Positions 1 to 9,952 of a DNA stretch of 64,000 nt are shown here, piece after piece. Below the pieces are notes generated by a model. That model saw nothing but the letters and a program-made list of their open reading frames with translations. It was not told the DNA's origin and made no database searches. Numbering within the stretch: position 1 is the first letter of the stretch; each line of letters begins with the position of its first letter. Source of the DNA: an uncultured Mycoplasma sp. (GTDB lineage Bacteria; Bacillota_I; Bacilli_A; RF39; UBA660). The DNA is taken from positions 15,587 through 79,586 of the forward strand of contig CANSFH010000001.1 of assembly GCA_947646115.1 (NCBI GenBank), read 5' to 3'. A program made the position numbers and the translations under genes.

Positions 1-939
1 TCTAGGAGTCCTTTTAATAAAACCTTCTTGAAGTAAAAATGGTTCAACAACATCTTCTATTGTTGTTACTTCTTCACCAATTGAGGTAGCAATTGTCTCA
101 ATACCAACTGGACCTCCATTAAATTTATTGATTAAGGATTTCAAATATTCAATATCAGTTGCGTCTAAACCATATTCATCAACTTTTAGACGATCTAGAC
201 TACTTGCTGTTATTTCTTCATCGATATAACCAGTACCATTAACTAAAGCGAAATCTCTTACGCGTTTAAATAGACGATTGGCAACTCGAGGAGTTTTTCG
301 ACAACGCTTCGCTATTTCTAAAGCTGCTTCATCATTAATACCCATATCTAATACACGACTTGTTCTTTTGACTATTTTTTGTAATTCTTCATCTTTATAA
401 TAATTAAGTTTAGAAATTATACCAAAGCGATCTCGCAAAGGACTTGATAAGTCACCAGCTCTTGTTGTAGCTCCAACTAATGTAAATGGTGGCAAATCAA
501 TTTTTATACTTCTACTCTTGCCATCAGCACCTATAATAATATCAAGTTCAAAGTCTTCCATCGCAGGATAAAGAATTTCTTCGACAAATTTGGGCATACG
601 ATGAATTTCATCAATAAATAGCACATCACCAGGTTCAAGATTAGATAAAACTGCTGCTAAATCTCCACTTTTTTCAAGCGATGGTCCACTAGCTGTTTTA
701 ATATTACTTCCTAGTTCATTAGCTATTATATGAGCAAGTGTGGTTTTACCAAGACCAGGAGGCCCATATAAAAGAACATGATCTAAAGATTCACCGCGCA
801 TTTTAGCTGCTTCAATGAAAACACGCAAATTTTCTTTTATTTCTTCTTGGCCGATATATTCGTCTAAACTCTCTGGCCTAATATTACGTTCAAAAAAATC
901 ACTATCAAGTTCTTCACCAGTTATAATTCTATCGTCCAT
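1..939 (-). CDS. ruvB: Holliday junction branch-migration ATPase RuvB (C-terminus cut by window edge)
   Basis: Own minus-strand translation from the ATG at 937-939: [13 protein letters not shown]...[13 protein letters not shown] (Walker A)...LFIDEIHR. An AAAGGA RBS lies 6 nt upstream. The ORF runs off the window start. Confidence 0.9.
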   Translation of the reverse strand, partial: MDDRIITGEELDSDFFERNIRPESLDEYIGQEEIKENLRVFIEAAKMRGESLDHVLLYGPPGLGKTTLAHIIANELGSNIKTASGPSLEKSGDLAAVLSNLEPGDVLFIDEIHRMPKFVEEILYPAMEDFELDIIIGADGKSRSIKIDLPPFTLVGATTRAGDLSSPLRDRFGIISKLNYYKDEELQKIVKRTSRVLDMGINDEAALEIAKRCRKTPRVANRLFKRVRDFALVNGTGYIDEEITASSLDRLKVDEYGLDATDIEYLKSLINKFNGGPVGIETIATSIGEEVTTIEDVVEPFLLQEGFIKRTPR

Positions 940-941
940 AT

Positions 942-1463
942 TTAATCCTTTCTATCAACTATATATTTTATTATATCACTCCAATTCGAAAATGTCTTGT
1001 ATTTACTTTCATTTTTTTCAGAAAATTTTAAACATTCAATATTATAAGAGCTTACATCATCTAAATTTGATTCTTTATCATCAATAAATATATCTACTTT
1101 ATTGTTAAAAGCTTCTATTCCTTTAGTAGTGGTATTAATATATTTAGAAAATTTAAGACCGTTGCTTTTTAAATGATTTATAGATAATTCATCGATATCA
1201 TTTGCATAGTGTTTATCCCTAGTTGTAATTATAACTACATTGATATTATTAGCATCAAAATAATCAAATGCTTCTTTAACACCTTCTTTTAAGGGGTTAG
1301 TTTTTGATATTTCTCTTTGATAAAGTAAACGAAATTCTTCATATTTTTCTTTTGGCAATGAATGATAGTCATCTTGCAAATTAGGGTCATATATTTTAGC
1401 ATATTTATTAGCATTTAAGGTAGTTTCAGTTATTGTATCGTCTATGTCTATTCCAATTGTCAT
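942..1463 (-). CDS. HAD-superfamily hydrolase / nucleotidase-like protein
   Basis: ORF 942..1472. HAD motif I is present ([10 protein letters not shown]). The ATG at 1463 follows an AGGTG RBS; the GTG at 1472 abuts the ruvA stop and is less likely. Confidence 0.55.
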   Translation of the reverse strand: MTIGIDIDDTITETTLNANKYAKIYDPNLQDDYHSLPKEKYEEFRLLYQREISKTNPLKEGVKEAFDYFDANNINVVIITTRDKHYANDIDELSINHLKSNGLKFSKYINTTTKGIEAFNNKVDIFIDDKESNLDDVSSYNIECLKFSEKNESKYKTFSNWSDIIKYIVDRKD

Positions 1464-1472
1464 TTTAAACAC

Positions 1473-2027
1473 CTACTTTAGCATTAATTTTAAAGCTTCT
1501 TTAATTTGAGCTTCGATATCTAATGAAGCATTAACTTTTGGTAAAACTTTTTTAATTTCACTATTTTTATAGCCTAAACTTTCTAAAACGCTAACTAATT
1601 CGTCAAAGCTATTGCTAATCTCTGTTTCTTCTTTACTAGCTAATTTACCTTTTAAATCTAAAATAATTTGACGAGCTAATTTTTCTCCTATTTTAGGGAA
1701 TTTCTTTAAATATAAAATATTCTCTCGATCAATAGCATCTTTAATGCCAGCAATACTTCCTGTTGCAAGCATTGGAAGAGCCATTTTGGGGCCCAGCCCT
1801 TTAACACCAATTAACTTTAAAAATAATTCTCGTTCTTCATTTGATTTAAAACCATATAAACTATGTTCATCTTCTTTAATTTGCGTATAAATAAAGACTT
1901 TCATTTCTTTATCTATTTCATAACTAAAAGGATTTGCAACATAGATTGTATAACCAATGCCATTATTATCAAGAACTATATAATTATTTTCTTGCGCAAC
2001 TATTTTACCAATTATATAATTGTACAT
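1473..2027 (-). CDS. ruvA: Holliday junction DNA helicase subunit RuvA
   Basis: 184 aa starting MYNYIIGKI..., with GIGY, the HhH region LIGVKGLGPKMAL and KFPKIGEKLARQIILDLKGK. Located just upstream of ruvB. Confidence 0.85.
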   Translation of the reverse strand: MYNYIIGKIVAQENNYIVLDNNGIGYTIYVANPFSYEIDKEMKVFIYTQIKEDEHSLYGFKSNEERELFLKLIGVKGLGPKMALPMLATGSIAGIKDAIDRENILYLKKFPKIGEKLARQIILDLKGKLASKEETEISNSFDELVSVLESLGYKNSEIKKVLPKVNASLDIEAQIKEALKLMLK

Positions 2028-2127
2028 ATTTTATCACCTAATATAATATTAGCATACAATTGTTTAAATGTATATATATTTTAATAATTTTTAGAAAAAG
2101 AAACCTCGAACTAAAAAGTGCGAGATA

Positions 2128-2388
2128 TTATTTAAAATATAATTTCTTTTCCCAAATTTTTCTGATATATTTTAAGGATAAAGTAGATAAAGTAAATCCG
2201 ATAACTGGGACTAATGAACTTAAGAAAATATTATTATATTGGTTGATTAAATAAGAATATATAATTACTACAATATATGTTAAAATCATAATACATATTT
2301 TTCTTGTCCAACTTGTTTCCCAAGCTTTATCTAATTCGACTTTTTTATTTCTTTCTTTTATTTTTTCGATTTCTTTTTCAATCTTCAT
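2128..2388 (-). CDS. small membrane protein, unknown function
   Basis: 86-aa ORF with a charged N-terminus and two hydrophobic segments. No recognisable family. Confidence 0.4.
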   Translation of the reverse strand: MKIEKEIEKIKERNKKVELDKAWETSWTRKICIMILTYIVVIIYSYLINQYNNIFLSSLVPVIGFTLSTLSLKYIRKIWEKKLYFK

Positions 2389-2454
2389 ATTTTACTCCTT
2401 TTATATACTTCTATGTATTAAAACTCAAAATTAATACTTCTGAGTTATTTTTAA

Positions 2455-2531
2455 TGGTGTCCCAAGCGTGATTCGAACACGCGATCTTTAGCGTCGGAGG
2501 CTAACATTCTATCCAGCTGAACTATTGGGAC
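2455..2531 (-). tRNA. tRNA-Arg (anticodon CCG), CCA encoded
   Basis: Hand-folded cloverleaf. 7-bp acceptor GTCCCAA/TTGGGAC, D stem GTTC/GAAT, anticodon stem TTAGC/GCTAA with loop CTCCGAC, 5-nt variable loop, T arm GCGTG-TTCGAAT-CACGC, discriminator A then CCA. Confidence 0.85.
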
Positions 2532-2574
2532 ATAATTTTATTTTATCATTATAATATAAAAAATAAAAGAGTAT

Positions 2575-3282
2575 TTAATCTCCTTCATTTAAAATTTTTT
2601 GAGCTTCTTCTTTAGTTAAAAAATTATATTTAAGCATTTGATTTATAACTTGGCGTTGTCTTTCTAAACTTAATTTCAGATTTTTAGTAGGACTATAGAC
2701 GGATGGGGCGTTAGGTATACCAGCTAGTAAAGTTGCTTCATAATCGGTCATAAATTTTGGTTCTTTACCAAAATATCCTACACTGGCCTCTTTAACTGTA
2801 TAGTAGCCATCACCAAAATAACTTGAATTTAAATAAAACTCCAATATTTCGTCTTTACTATAATTTTTTTCGAGTTTAAAAGCCATAAATACTTCTGCAA
2901 TTTTTCTTTCTATCTTTTTTTCTTGAGTGAAATAAATATTTTTGGCTAGTTGTTGAGTTATAGTGCTGCCACCTTCAATAAATTTCCAGGCTTTTAAATC
3001 ATGAATTAAAGCCCGAGATGTCGCAATAATATCAAATCCACCATGGTCATAAAAGCGATGATCTTCAGCAGCAATTACGGCATTTATATAAGTTTTAGGC
3101 AAAGATGATACATTGTAATAATTCTTTTTTTCTTTTAATTTTCCCATTTTTTCATCAATTGGTGTCTCTTCTAAAGCATTTTTATACATAATGTATCCTT
3201 TACTAATAAAAATAGAAGATATTAGTAGAAATATGACTACTGCGAGCAATAAAGCTTTAGAAATGATCTTTATTATTTTCAT
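2575..3282 (-). CDS. mtgA: monofunctional peptidoglycan glycosyltransferase (GT51)
   Basis: 235 aa with an N-terminal TM segment and GT51 motifs AAEDHRFYDHGGFD and GGSTITQQLAKN. No transpeptidase domain. Confidence 0.8.
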   Translation of the reverse strand: MKIIKIISKALLLAVVIFLLISSIFISKGYIMYKNALEETPIDEKMGKLKEKKNYYNVSSLPKTYINAVIAAEDHRFYDHGGFDIIATSRALIHDLKAWKFIEGGSTITQQLAKNIYFTQEKKIERKIAEVFMAFKLEKNYSKDEILEFYLNSSYFGDGYYTVKEASVGYFGKEPKFMTDYEATLLAGIPNAPSVYSPTKNLKLSLERQRQVINQMLKYNFLTKEEAQKILNEGD

Positions 3283-3299
3283 ATTTTACACCTCTTATC

Positions 3300-3647
3300 T
3301 TACTTGTTTAAAATTTTTTGAACTTTAGCTGGTAAATCTTCATATTTTACTTCTTCCCATTTATTTACCCCAGTTACTTTTACGATTAATTTTAAATAAG
3401 CTTGGTCTTTTAGTTCTCTAACTGTTTTAAATTTTATTTTTTTAAGTTTTCCGTTTTTATTATAGGAGTTTAGTGTGTATTCATATTTCATATTACTAGT
3501 TCTATTTAGTTCAGTAATTTTAGTATTATCTATTTTAGTATAATAAATACCTTCATAACTTTCCAGATAGTAAAAGATTCCGATGGTTACGCCTATAAAT
3601 AGTAATATACCAATTAAGACTAGAAATCTTGACTTAAAATTTCCCAT
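3300..3647 (-). CDS. YxeA/DUF1093-like small secreted or membrane-anchored protein
   Basis: 115 aa with an N-terminal TM segment. The pattern YEYTLNSYNKNGKLKKIKF...AYLKL...GVNKWEEVKYEDLPAKV resembles the YxeA family as I recall it. Confidence 0.5.
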   Translation of the reverse strand: MGNFKSRFLVLIGILLFIGVTIGIFYYLESYEGIYYTKIDNTKITELNRTSNMKYEYTLNSYNKNGKLKKIKFKTVRELKDQAYLKLIVKVTGVNKWEEVKYEDLPAKVQKILNK

Positions 3648-3736
3648 AGTTTCTCCTCTCGAAGATTATTTTACTAAACATTGAAACTTTTGTCGCTAAC
3701 TTAATATTGCTCTAAAATTACAAATATGAAATATTA

Positions 3737-3763
3737 TCAAAAAAGACTTACTAAGTAAATCTT
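3737..3763 (-). terminator. rho-independent terminator after rseP
   Basis: 9-bp stem (one G-U pair on minus-strand RNA), 3-nt loop, then a U-run (plus-strand A-run 3739-3744). It abuts the rseP stop codon. Confidence 0.5.
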
Positions 3764-4819
3764 TTAAAATCTAATGATATCAAACACGGTGATATATATC
3801 ATAAGTAGAATAATTAAGAAGAAGAAAATAGTATGACACCAATTTTCGAATTTAGCATTTACAGGACTTCTCTTGATTTTTTCTATGATTAGGAATAGTA
3901 TTCTACCACCATCAAAAGCAGGGATTGGTAAAATATTAATTAAACCAACATTAATACTTAAAAATGCTATTAAATATATTATTTGATTTATGCCTGCACT
4001 GATACTTGTTCCCACTACTTGATATATACCTACGGGTCCTGATAAACTACTTACAGGAATTTTGCCTGTAAATAAATTTATAACTGTAAGCCACATAGTA
4101 CTAATTAAACTTCTAAATTTAGCAAATGCATATTTAATACTAGCGAAAAATCCACGTTCTGTTTCTTGCGATATTTTAAAACCGAAAGCTCTTTCTTTAA
4201 TTTCTCCATCTTCATTTTTAGTTATTTTAGGAATTATTTTATAAGTTTCAGTTTTACCGTTTTGATGTTTTATTTCAATATTATAAATATCATTTTCGCT
4301 TTTCATGACTAAATATATTTGTGCTTGATCCCATGTTGTTACTTTATGGCCATTAACTGATATAATCTCGTCGCCTGAAGTAAGGCCAGCATTTTTGGCA
4401 GGATAATTATCAATTACCTCACTTATTTTTGGAGTTAAACTTTGAGCTCCCCAAATAAGTGCTATTACAAATAAAATTACAATTGCTAGTATAAAGTTAT
4501 TTATTACTCCTGCTGCTAAAATTATTATTCTTTGCCACCATTTCTTATTGCACATAAAATCTTCTTTAGGAATTTTATTAGTATCATCATCCTCGTATAC
4601 CTCACCAGCCATAGAGACAAATCCACCAATTGGTAAAGCACGAATGTTATAATTTATGCCATCTTTTCCTTTATGAGATTTAATAACTGGACCCATACCA
4701 ATCGAAAACTCATAAATATGTACTCCTGCTTTTTTAGCAGTAATAAAATGACCAAATTCATGAACTAATATAATTATACCTAAAATTAAAATAAATAAAA
4801 TTAATGTTACAAACCACAT
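3764..4819 (-). CDS. rseP: RIP site-2 zinc metalloprotease RseP/RasP (M50)
   Basis: 351 aa with HEFGHF (HExxH) in TM1, a PDZ-like middle region, and a C-terminal PIPAFDGGR motif. Confidence 0.85.
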   Translation of the reverse strand: MWFVTLILFILILGIIILVHEFGHFITAKKAGVHIYEFSIGMGPVIKSHKGKDGINYNIRALPIGGFVSMAGEVYEDDDTNKIPKEDFMCNKKWWQRIIILAAGVINNFILAIVILFVIALIWGAQSLTPKISEVIDNYPAKNAGLTSGDEIISVNGHKVTTWDQAQIYLVMKSENDIYNIEIKHQNGKTETYKIIPKITKNEDGEIKERAFGFKISQETERGFFASIKYAFAKFRSLISTMWLTVINLFTGKIPVSSLSGPVGIYQVVGTSISAGINQIIYLIAFLSINVGLINILPIPAFDGGRILFLIIEKIKRSPVNAKFENWCHTIFFFLIILLMIYITVFDIIRF

Positions 4820-4831
4820 ATTATTTCCTCC

Positions 4832-5620
4832 TTAAAACATTGTATATATTATTAAATAGCCTAGCATTATGGCTATGGTACTATCGAGACGATCTAGTAT
4901 ACCACCATGACCTGGTATAATATTACTAAAATCTTTTATATCGTTTTCGCGTTTTAATTTACTAAACATCAAGTCTCCTATTTGACCAATTATTGATAAA
5001 AATAAAGTTGCAATAACAATTTTTATATTTAAGTGGGCAATAAAGAAATGGTAAAAGGTGCTAGCACCAACAGTACTGATTAGACTACCAATTAAACTAC
5101 CTTCAATAGTTTTTTTAGGACTAACCTCTGGTAATAGCTTGTGGCGACCTAAAAGCATTCCACCAACATAAGCAAAAGTATCAGTTAAAATAAATATTAA
5201 AATTAAATATAAAAAGTTGTAAAGACTAAAAGCTCGTACTAATAAAATAGTGTTAAATGAAGTGCCAATTAATAAGATTGAACCAATTAGGAATAAAGCA
5301 TCACGAGCCGTAAATTTATTATCTTTATATGTTAAGGTTAAAGTTAATAAACTTAAAACAGTAATTGCGATTCCTTTATAAGTTATACCATACATTATAG
5401 AATAACCTTCATAATCAGCGAATATTAGTAATAAGAGTGATATCTCGGCTACAAGACTAGCAAAAATGGGAATAGGTTTATGACTTTTCTTTAAATCAAT
5501 AATTTCTTTTAATGCTAGCACTCCTACAATTCCTAACCCTATTTTAAAAACTGGCCCACCAAACCATATAATCGGTAATAATATTATAATCATTACTATA
5601 GCACTTATTAATTTTTTCAT
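4832..5620 (-). CDS. cdsA: phosphatidate cytidylyltransferase
   Basis: 262-aa polytopic membrane protein with the CdsA signature SKLKRENDIKDFSNIIPGHGGILDRLDS. The cdsA-rseP adjacency is typical. Confidence 0.85.
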   Translation of the reverse strand: MKKLISAIVMIIILLPIIWFGGPVFKIGLGIVGVLALKEIIDLKKSHKPIPIFASLVAEISLLLLIFADYEGYSIMYGITYKGIAITVLSLLTLTLTYKDNKFTARDALFLIGSILLIGTSFNTILLVRAFSLYNFLYLILIFILTDTFAYVGGMLLGRHKLLPEVSPKKTIEGSLIGSLISTVGASTFYHFFIAHLNIKIVIATLFLSIIGQIGDLMFSKLKRENDIKDFSNIIPGHGGILDRLDSTIAIMLGYLIIYTMF

Positions 5621-5810
5621 TATGTTCCTACTTTCTATTTTAAAGTATACTATTACTCTTTTTATTAGTCAAATATTTTTTTACTAAATCTATTATATAT
5701 TATTTACAAATAACTTGAAATATTATTTTGAAATTTGATATTAAATTTACATAAAAAAACGCTCAATATTTTACTTATATGTTTTTGAGTGCTTTTTGAA
5801 TTTTTAATTT

Positions 5811-6623
5811 TTATATATTTATATTTTTTAAGATTATATATATTATTATGGAGTTAAATATAAAAACTATCAAAAGTAAGAAAATTACTTTTAAAATATT
5901 TGTTTTAATTATTTGCTTCTGACTAAAACCTATATTTCTATACATTAGATGGTTTTTCTTTTCATCTTCTAATATATTGAAAATTGTTATAATTAAAACT
6001 ATTAAGAATAAAAAGATATTTAAGATTATAAATGAGTTAAAAAATATAATAATGTTCTCGTAGTTTATATTACTTTCTTTATTTATATGTATAGTAATAT
6101 CATTATCAATATTCTTGCTTAATTTTTTTACTACATTTTCATTGTTCGCCCAATTTTTAATATCTAAAATATAAGCCTTTGTTTTTGTTTGCTTTTTTAA
6201 TTCTTCGAAAAGACTATTATTTATATAAAATATTTTATATTCTGAATTATAATCTTTCACTATAAATGTGTATTGAGTACCATTAAAGCCAAATTCAATT
6301 TCACTTTTTATAGAAATATCCTGCTTATACTCTTTTGGTATTATGATTTCGTTTTCTAGAAGTTTTATTTTACTTTCTAAAAAATAAACTTCTTCATAGT
6401 AAAAACCTTTTCTAATATTTTTTATATCACTTATTGTTTTTAGTTCTTTTTCTATATCTTTTTCAGTAGTTAAAACTAAATATGAACCGTTATAATCTTG
6501 GTTCCCTACATTTATGTAGTATTGTTTTCCAACAATCAATAGGCTAAAAATAAAAACTAGAAGAAAAAGAATAAACAAGTATATGTGAGTGGTTTTTTTT
6601 CTAAAAAAACTTTTATAAACCAT
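5811..6623 (-). CDS. FtsX-like ABC permease component (short)
   Basis: 270 aa: TM1, an extracytoplasmic domain, then C-terminal TM helices with the FtsX-type loop EDEKKNHLMYRNIGFSQKQI. Overlaps the upstream permease gene by 1 nt. Confidence 0.5.
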   Translation of the reverse strand: MVYKSFFRKKTTHIYLFILFLLVFIFSLLIVGKQYYINVGNQDYNGSYLVLTTEKDIEKELKTISDIKNIRKGFYYEEVYFLESKIKLLENEIIIPKEYKQDISIKSEIEFGFNGTQYTFIVKDYNSEYKIFYINNSLFEELKKQTKTKAYILDIKNWANNENVVKKLSKNIDNDITIHINKESNINYENIIIFFNSFIILNIFLFLIVLIITIFNILEDEKKNHLMYRNIGFSQKQIIKTNILKVIFLLLIVFIFNSIIIYIILKNINI

Positions 6624-7858
6624 TAACTTTCACCAACTAGATTTCTAATACTATTTTTTAAGGATGAATTGGTAATTTTTATATTTATAAGAACTATCAA
6701 AATATTTAATATAACAAATATAATTATTAAATATATAGCAGGAATACTTAGATAATAATTATTGTAAATAAATTCATATATATAATATTTATTTATTATA
6801 TTAAATGCAATCAGGTAAAAAGTAAAAGAAATAATTATACTTATATATAACAACATGCTATTTTCAAACAAGTTAATTTTTAATATATCTTTATTTGTAT
6901 ATCCACTAAACTTTAGTATTCCTAAATAATTACTTCTATATTTAGCTTTTTTCTTTAAAAAATTATAAATAATATTTAAAGCAATTATAATAATTATTAT
7001 TAATATAAAAAAAGGAATGCTTAAAATCATATCTAATAGCTCTGTATCCAAAGTTATTTTATTACTAACTATAAAACCTTGTTTTGTTAACTCTTGTGCT
7101 ACAACCCCCAAATTTTTGTATTTATCTACTCTTACGATAACTCCTGTAAAATAATCAGGTTTTCGTATTAATTCTCCATTTTTTTCATAAGTAACAATAC
7201 CTTGAATATTTCCATATATTTTATCAAATGCATCTTTACTTACATAGCAAGTTTGAATTGTCCCAGTATTTTTTTTAGTTTCATATACTCCTACAATTTT
7301 AAAATTAATGGGCTCTTTTTCTTTTTCATATTCTTCTACAAAATGAGGATTTACAGTTATATTTTTTCCGATATAGGAAGAGCCATCTAAATATTTTGAA
7401 TAATAAATTTTAGTATTTTCATCTTCCATTGATTCGCTATAAGGATAAAAATTTTTGGGACAAACCATATCGGTAATATTATTAATATTAGTTCCATCAA
7501 CTATGTTTATATCTTTTGGATCTATTAAAGTTTTTATTGCTATTTCTCCTTTAGTTATATCTGAATCAAAATCTGGAACTTCATTATACAAAGTTTGTGA
7601 AAATTTTGTATTAATATAATATTCTATATGTTCTAGGCTTTTTAGGGATTCATAATTGTCTTCTTCATTAGACACTAATAATTCTCTATACAAACCATTG
7701 TTTTCAAAAGCAGATTTTTTAAAATCTTGAATAAAGAAACTAACTGTAATACAACCATAAATAATAAATAAAAGCACTATCAAAATTAACATTAGCATTA
7801 TATTTCTTTTTTCGAAAAGTTTTTTACTTGTAATATATAATAAATCCTTTATAGTCAT
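6623..7858 (-). CDS. MacB/FtsX-type ABC permease
   Basis: 411 aa: TM1, an extracytoplasmic domain of about 240 aa, then an FtsX-like 3-TM module (KKKAKYRSNYLGILKFSGYTNKDI). Immediately downstream of the ATPase gene. Confidence 0.6.
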   Translation of the reverse strand: MTIKDLLYITSKKLFEKRNIMLMLILIVLLFIIYGCITVSFFIQDFKKSAFENNGLYRELLVSNEEDNYESLKSLEHIEYYINTKFSQTLYNEVPDFDSDITKGEIAIKTLIDPKDINIVDGTNINNITDMVCPKNFYPYSESMEDENTKIYYSKYLDGSSYIGKNITVNPHFVEEYEKEKEPINFKIVGVYETKKNTGTIQTCYVSKDAFDKIYGNIQGIVTYEKNGELIRKPDYFTGVIVRVDKYKNLGVVAQELTKQGFIVSNKITLDTELLDMILSIPFFILIIIIIIALNIIYNFLKKKAKYRSNYLGILKFSGYTNKDILKINLFENSMLLYISIIISFTFYLIAFNIINKYYIYEFIYNNYYLSIPAIYLIIIFVILNILIVLINIKITNSSLKNSIRNLVGES

Positions 7859-7859
7859 T

Positions 7860-8522
7860 TTAATTTACCAACTTTCCGTTTTCGATATGAATTATTATAT
7901 CTGCATATTTTTTTACTTCCTCACTATGTGAAACAACTATTATGCATTTATCTTCTTTGCTTAATTTCTTTAGCTCTTTAAATATCAGCTTTTCATTTTC
8001 ATAATCTAAATTACCTGTAGGTTCATCAGCTAAAATTATTTCTGGATTATTGGCAAGACTTCGCGCTATTGCAACTCTTTGTTGTTCACCGCCACTCATC
8101 TCGCTAGGAAAATGGTTTATTCTATTAGATAGTCCCACTTTATCCAATAATTCTAAAGCTCTCTTTTTTCGTTCGCTTTGTGGGATTTTTTTATTTATTA
8201 CCATAGGTAAAATAACATTTTCATATGCTTTTAAATGTTGATCCAAACAAAAGTCTTGAAAAATAAAGCCAAAGTTTTTCATTCGTAAATATGATAACTC
8301 TTCATCTTTTAAATGGCTAATATCTTTACCTTTAACGACATAACTACCACTTGTATAAGGTTCAATTAATCCAAGTATACTTATAAGGGTTGACTTACCA
8401 CTTCCTGAATGCCCCATTATAGCATAAAATTTGCCTGTTTCAAACTTATAAGAAAAATGGTTTATAGCTATTATTTCTTCATTCTTTAGTTGGTATACTT
8501 TAGTTATATTTTCTAAATTCAT
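7860..8522 (-). CDS. ABC transporter ATP-binding protein (MacB/LolD-like)
   Basis: 220 aa with Walker [10 protein letters not shown], signature MSGGEQQR and Walker [12 protein letters not shown]. Confidence 0.85.
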   Translation of the reverse strand: MNLENITKVYQLKNEEIIAINHFSYKFETGKFYAIMGHSGSGKSTLISILGLIEPYTSGSYVVKGKDISHLKDEELSYLRMKNFGFIFQDFCLDQHLKAYENVILPMVINKKIPQSERKKRALELLDKVGLSNRINHFPSEMSGGEQQRVAIARSLANNPEIILADEPTGNLDYENEKLIFKELKKLSKEDKCIIVVSHSEEVKKYADIIIHIENGKLVN

Positions 8523-8626
8523 TATTAACTCTCCTTTATTTTATTTTACCACTTATTTATATAAAATGTAGTAAAATTTATTTTTTTATATATTTAATTT
8601 TAATAGTATAGTTGTTTAAACAGTTT

Positions 8627-8660
8627 TTAAAAAATGTTGAAAGTATCTACTTTCAACATT
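8627..8660 (-). terminator. rho-independent terminator after the 130-aa secreted-protein gene
   Basis: Perfect 11-bp stem AATGTTGAAAG/CTTTCAACATT with a 6-nt loop, followed on the minus strand by a U-run. Confidence 0.7.
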
Positions 8661-8679
8661 CAAATGATACAATTTTAGA

Positions 8680-9072
8680 TTAATTAAAATCAAGTACACC
8701 CATCATATAACCAGTCAAACCATTATCTTTTTGAGCGTTCCATACTACGCTTCCTCTATAATCATCCTTTTTTGGAATTTCATATTCATAAGAATATTTA
8801 GATGTGTCAAGAACCCAAGGGTTTCTTCTTATTTCGGTTGAATAACCAAATAGCGTTTTTTGACTTATAGCAATACCTAATTGTGAATCTAATGCTCTTG
8901 TATTATTGGTAATACCAATAGTGGATTTGTGACCTTTTGACATAGTTATATCTTTAGTGTAATCATTTGCTCCTACAAATTTTAAAGTATAATTTATAGA
9001 AGCCGCTTTAACTATAATTCCAAAGGCACAGAAGGCCAAAACAGTAAATGTTACGATATTAAATTTCTTCAT
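8680..9072 (-). CDS. secreted protein, unknown function
   Basis: 130 aa with signal peptide MKKFNIVTFTVLAFCAFGIIVKA. The mature part is rich in beta-type residues. No family recognised. Confidence 0.5.
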   Translation of the reverse strand: MKKFNIVTFTVLAFCAFGIIVKAASINYTLKFVGANDYTKDITMSKGHKSTIGITNNTRALDSQLGIAISQKTLFGYSTEIRRNPWVLDTSKYSYEYEIPKKDDYRGSVVWNAQKDNGLTGYMMGVLDFN

Positions 9073-9135
9073 ATTTTCATCTCCTTTCTATCAAATTATT
9101 TATAATAAATCATTTTATTGATTTACTATCATTGT

Positions 9136-9852
9136 TTATAAATTTATATCTACACCGCTCATTTTATCATAAACATTTGCAGCAGTACCACTAAATTTAA
9201 ATACTCCGCCATATCCAGCTTTTGACACAGTGTAGTTTTTACTTTCTGTTAAAGTTAAACTTTTCATTGCGTGTTGATAACTTGCATAAATAGTTCCCCC
9301 TTTTTTCACTCTAAAGGTTTGATTAACTACTAAACTATTACCATACTTTGGCAATAATATTGATACACCAAAACCATTATTAAATTTTTTTATTTCATTT
9401 GAAGTTACATTACTGCTGGATGAAATAACTGTTGTAATAGGTGTATTTACTAAGCTAGTATTTTCAAGATATGAACCTATTACATCGTAGCTTCTGACAG
9501 CTGGATTTCTATTCCAAGTAAGTGTAGTGGAAATAAAACAATCACTTGTACAACTTTTTGTTATTTTTAGAGATTTATCAGAATCTTTAAAAGATACCCC
9601 TCTTGTTAAAATTTCATAGTAAACATTTGAATCCATTTCACCATTTATAATGTTAGATTTAACAAATTTTTCATAATCATTTTTAGTTATTAAATTTTGT
9701 GAATTTTCCCAAAACATATAACTAAAAAAATCATATTCTTCTTTTGTTAATGATACTCCGTAATCGTTAACATAAAAAATTTCTTTTGCAGATACGTTAG
9801 TTGTAAACAGCATTAAACTTAGAATAACAATTAATAAGTGCTTCTTTTCCAT
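9136..9852 (-). CDS. secreted protein, unknown function
   Basis: 238 aa with signal peptide ...LMLFTTNVSA/KE. No family recognised. Confidence 0.5.
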   Translation of the reverse strand: MEKKHLLIVILSLMLFTTNVSAKEIFYVNDYGVSLTKEEYDFFSYMFWENSQNLITKNDYEKFVKSNIINGEMDSNVYYEILTRGVSFKDSDKSLKITKSCTSDCFISTTLTWNRNPAVRSYDVIGSYLENTSLVNTPITTVISSSSNVTSNEIKKFNNGFGVSILLPKYGNSLVVNQTFRVKKGGTIYASYQHAMKSLTLTESKNYTVSKAGYGGVFKFSGTAANVYDKMSGVDINL

Positions 9853-9889
9853 ATTCTCTCCTTTCTAAACAAACAATAGCAAAATTAAG

Positions 9890-9918
9890 TCAAAAAATAA
9901 AGGACGAATTTTCGCCCT
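9890..9918 (-). terminator. rho-independent terminator after the XRE-TM regulator gene
   Basis: AGGACGAA/TTCGCCCT stem. The mismatch becomes a G-U pair only on minus-strand RNA. A U-run follows. Confidence 0.55.
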
Positions 9919-9952
9919 ATACTATTTTTAACTATTATAGCTAAAATTATTT

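Noticed and set aside
815-1087. Plus-strand or alternative-frame ORFs overlapping core genes (815..1087, 1863..2084, 4062..4244, 8050..8241, 14422..14670, 16180..16458, 17366..17764, 33971..34207, 38592..38846, 50665..50940 and others)
   Set aside because: They overlap well-supported minus-strand genes. Their composition is Ile/Phe/Leu/Ser-rich, as expected from AT-rich antisense frames. They have no start context and no recognisable motifs.
5621-5810. Possible terminator GCTCAA...TTGAG with T7 downstream of the ABC permease gene
   Set aside because: The stem has an internal mismatch and an 18-nt loop, so it is too weak to annotate with confidence.
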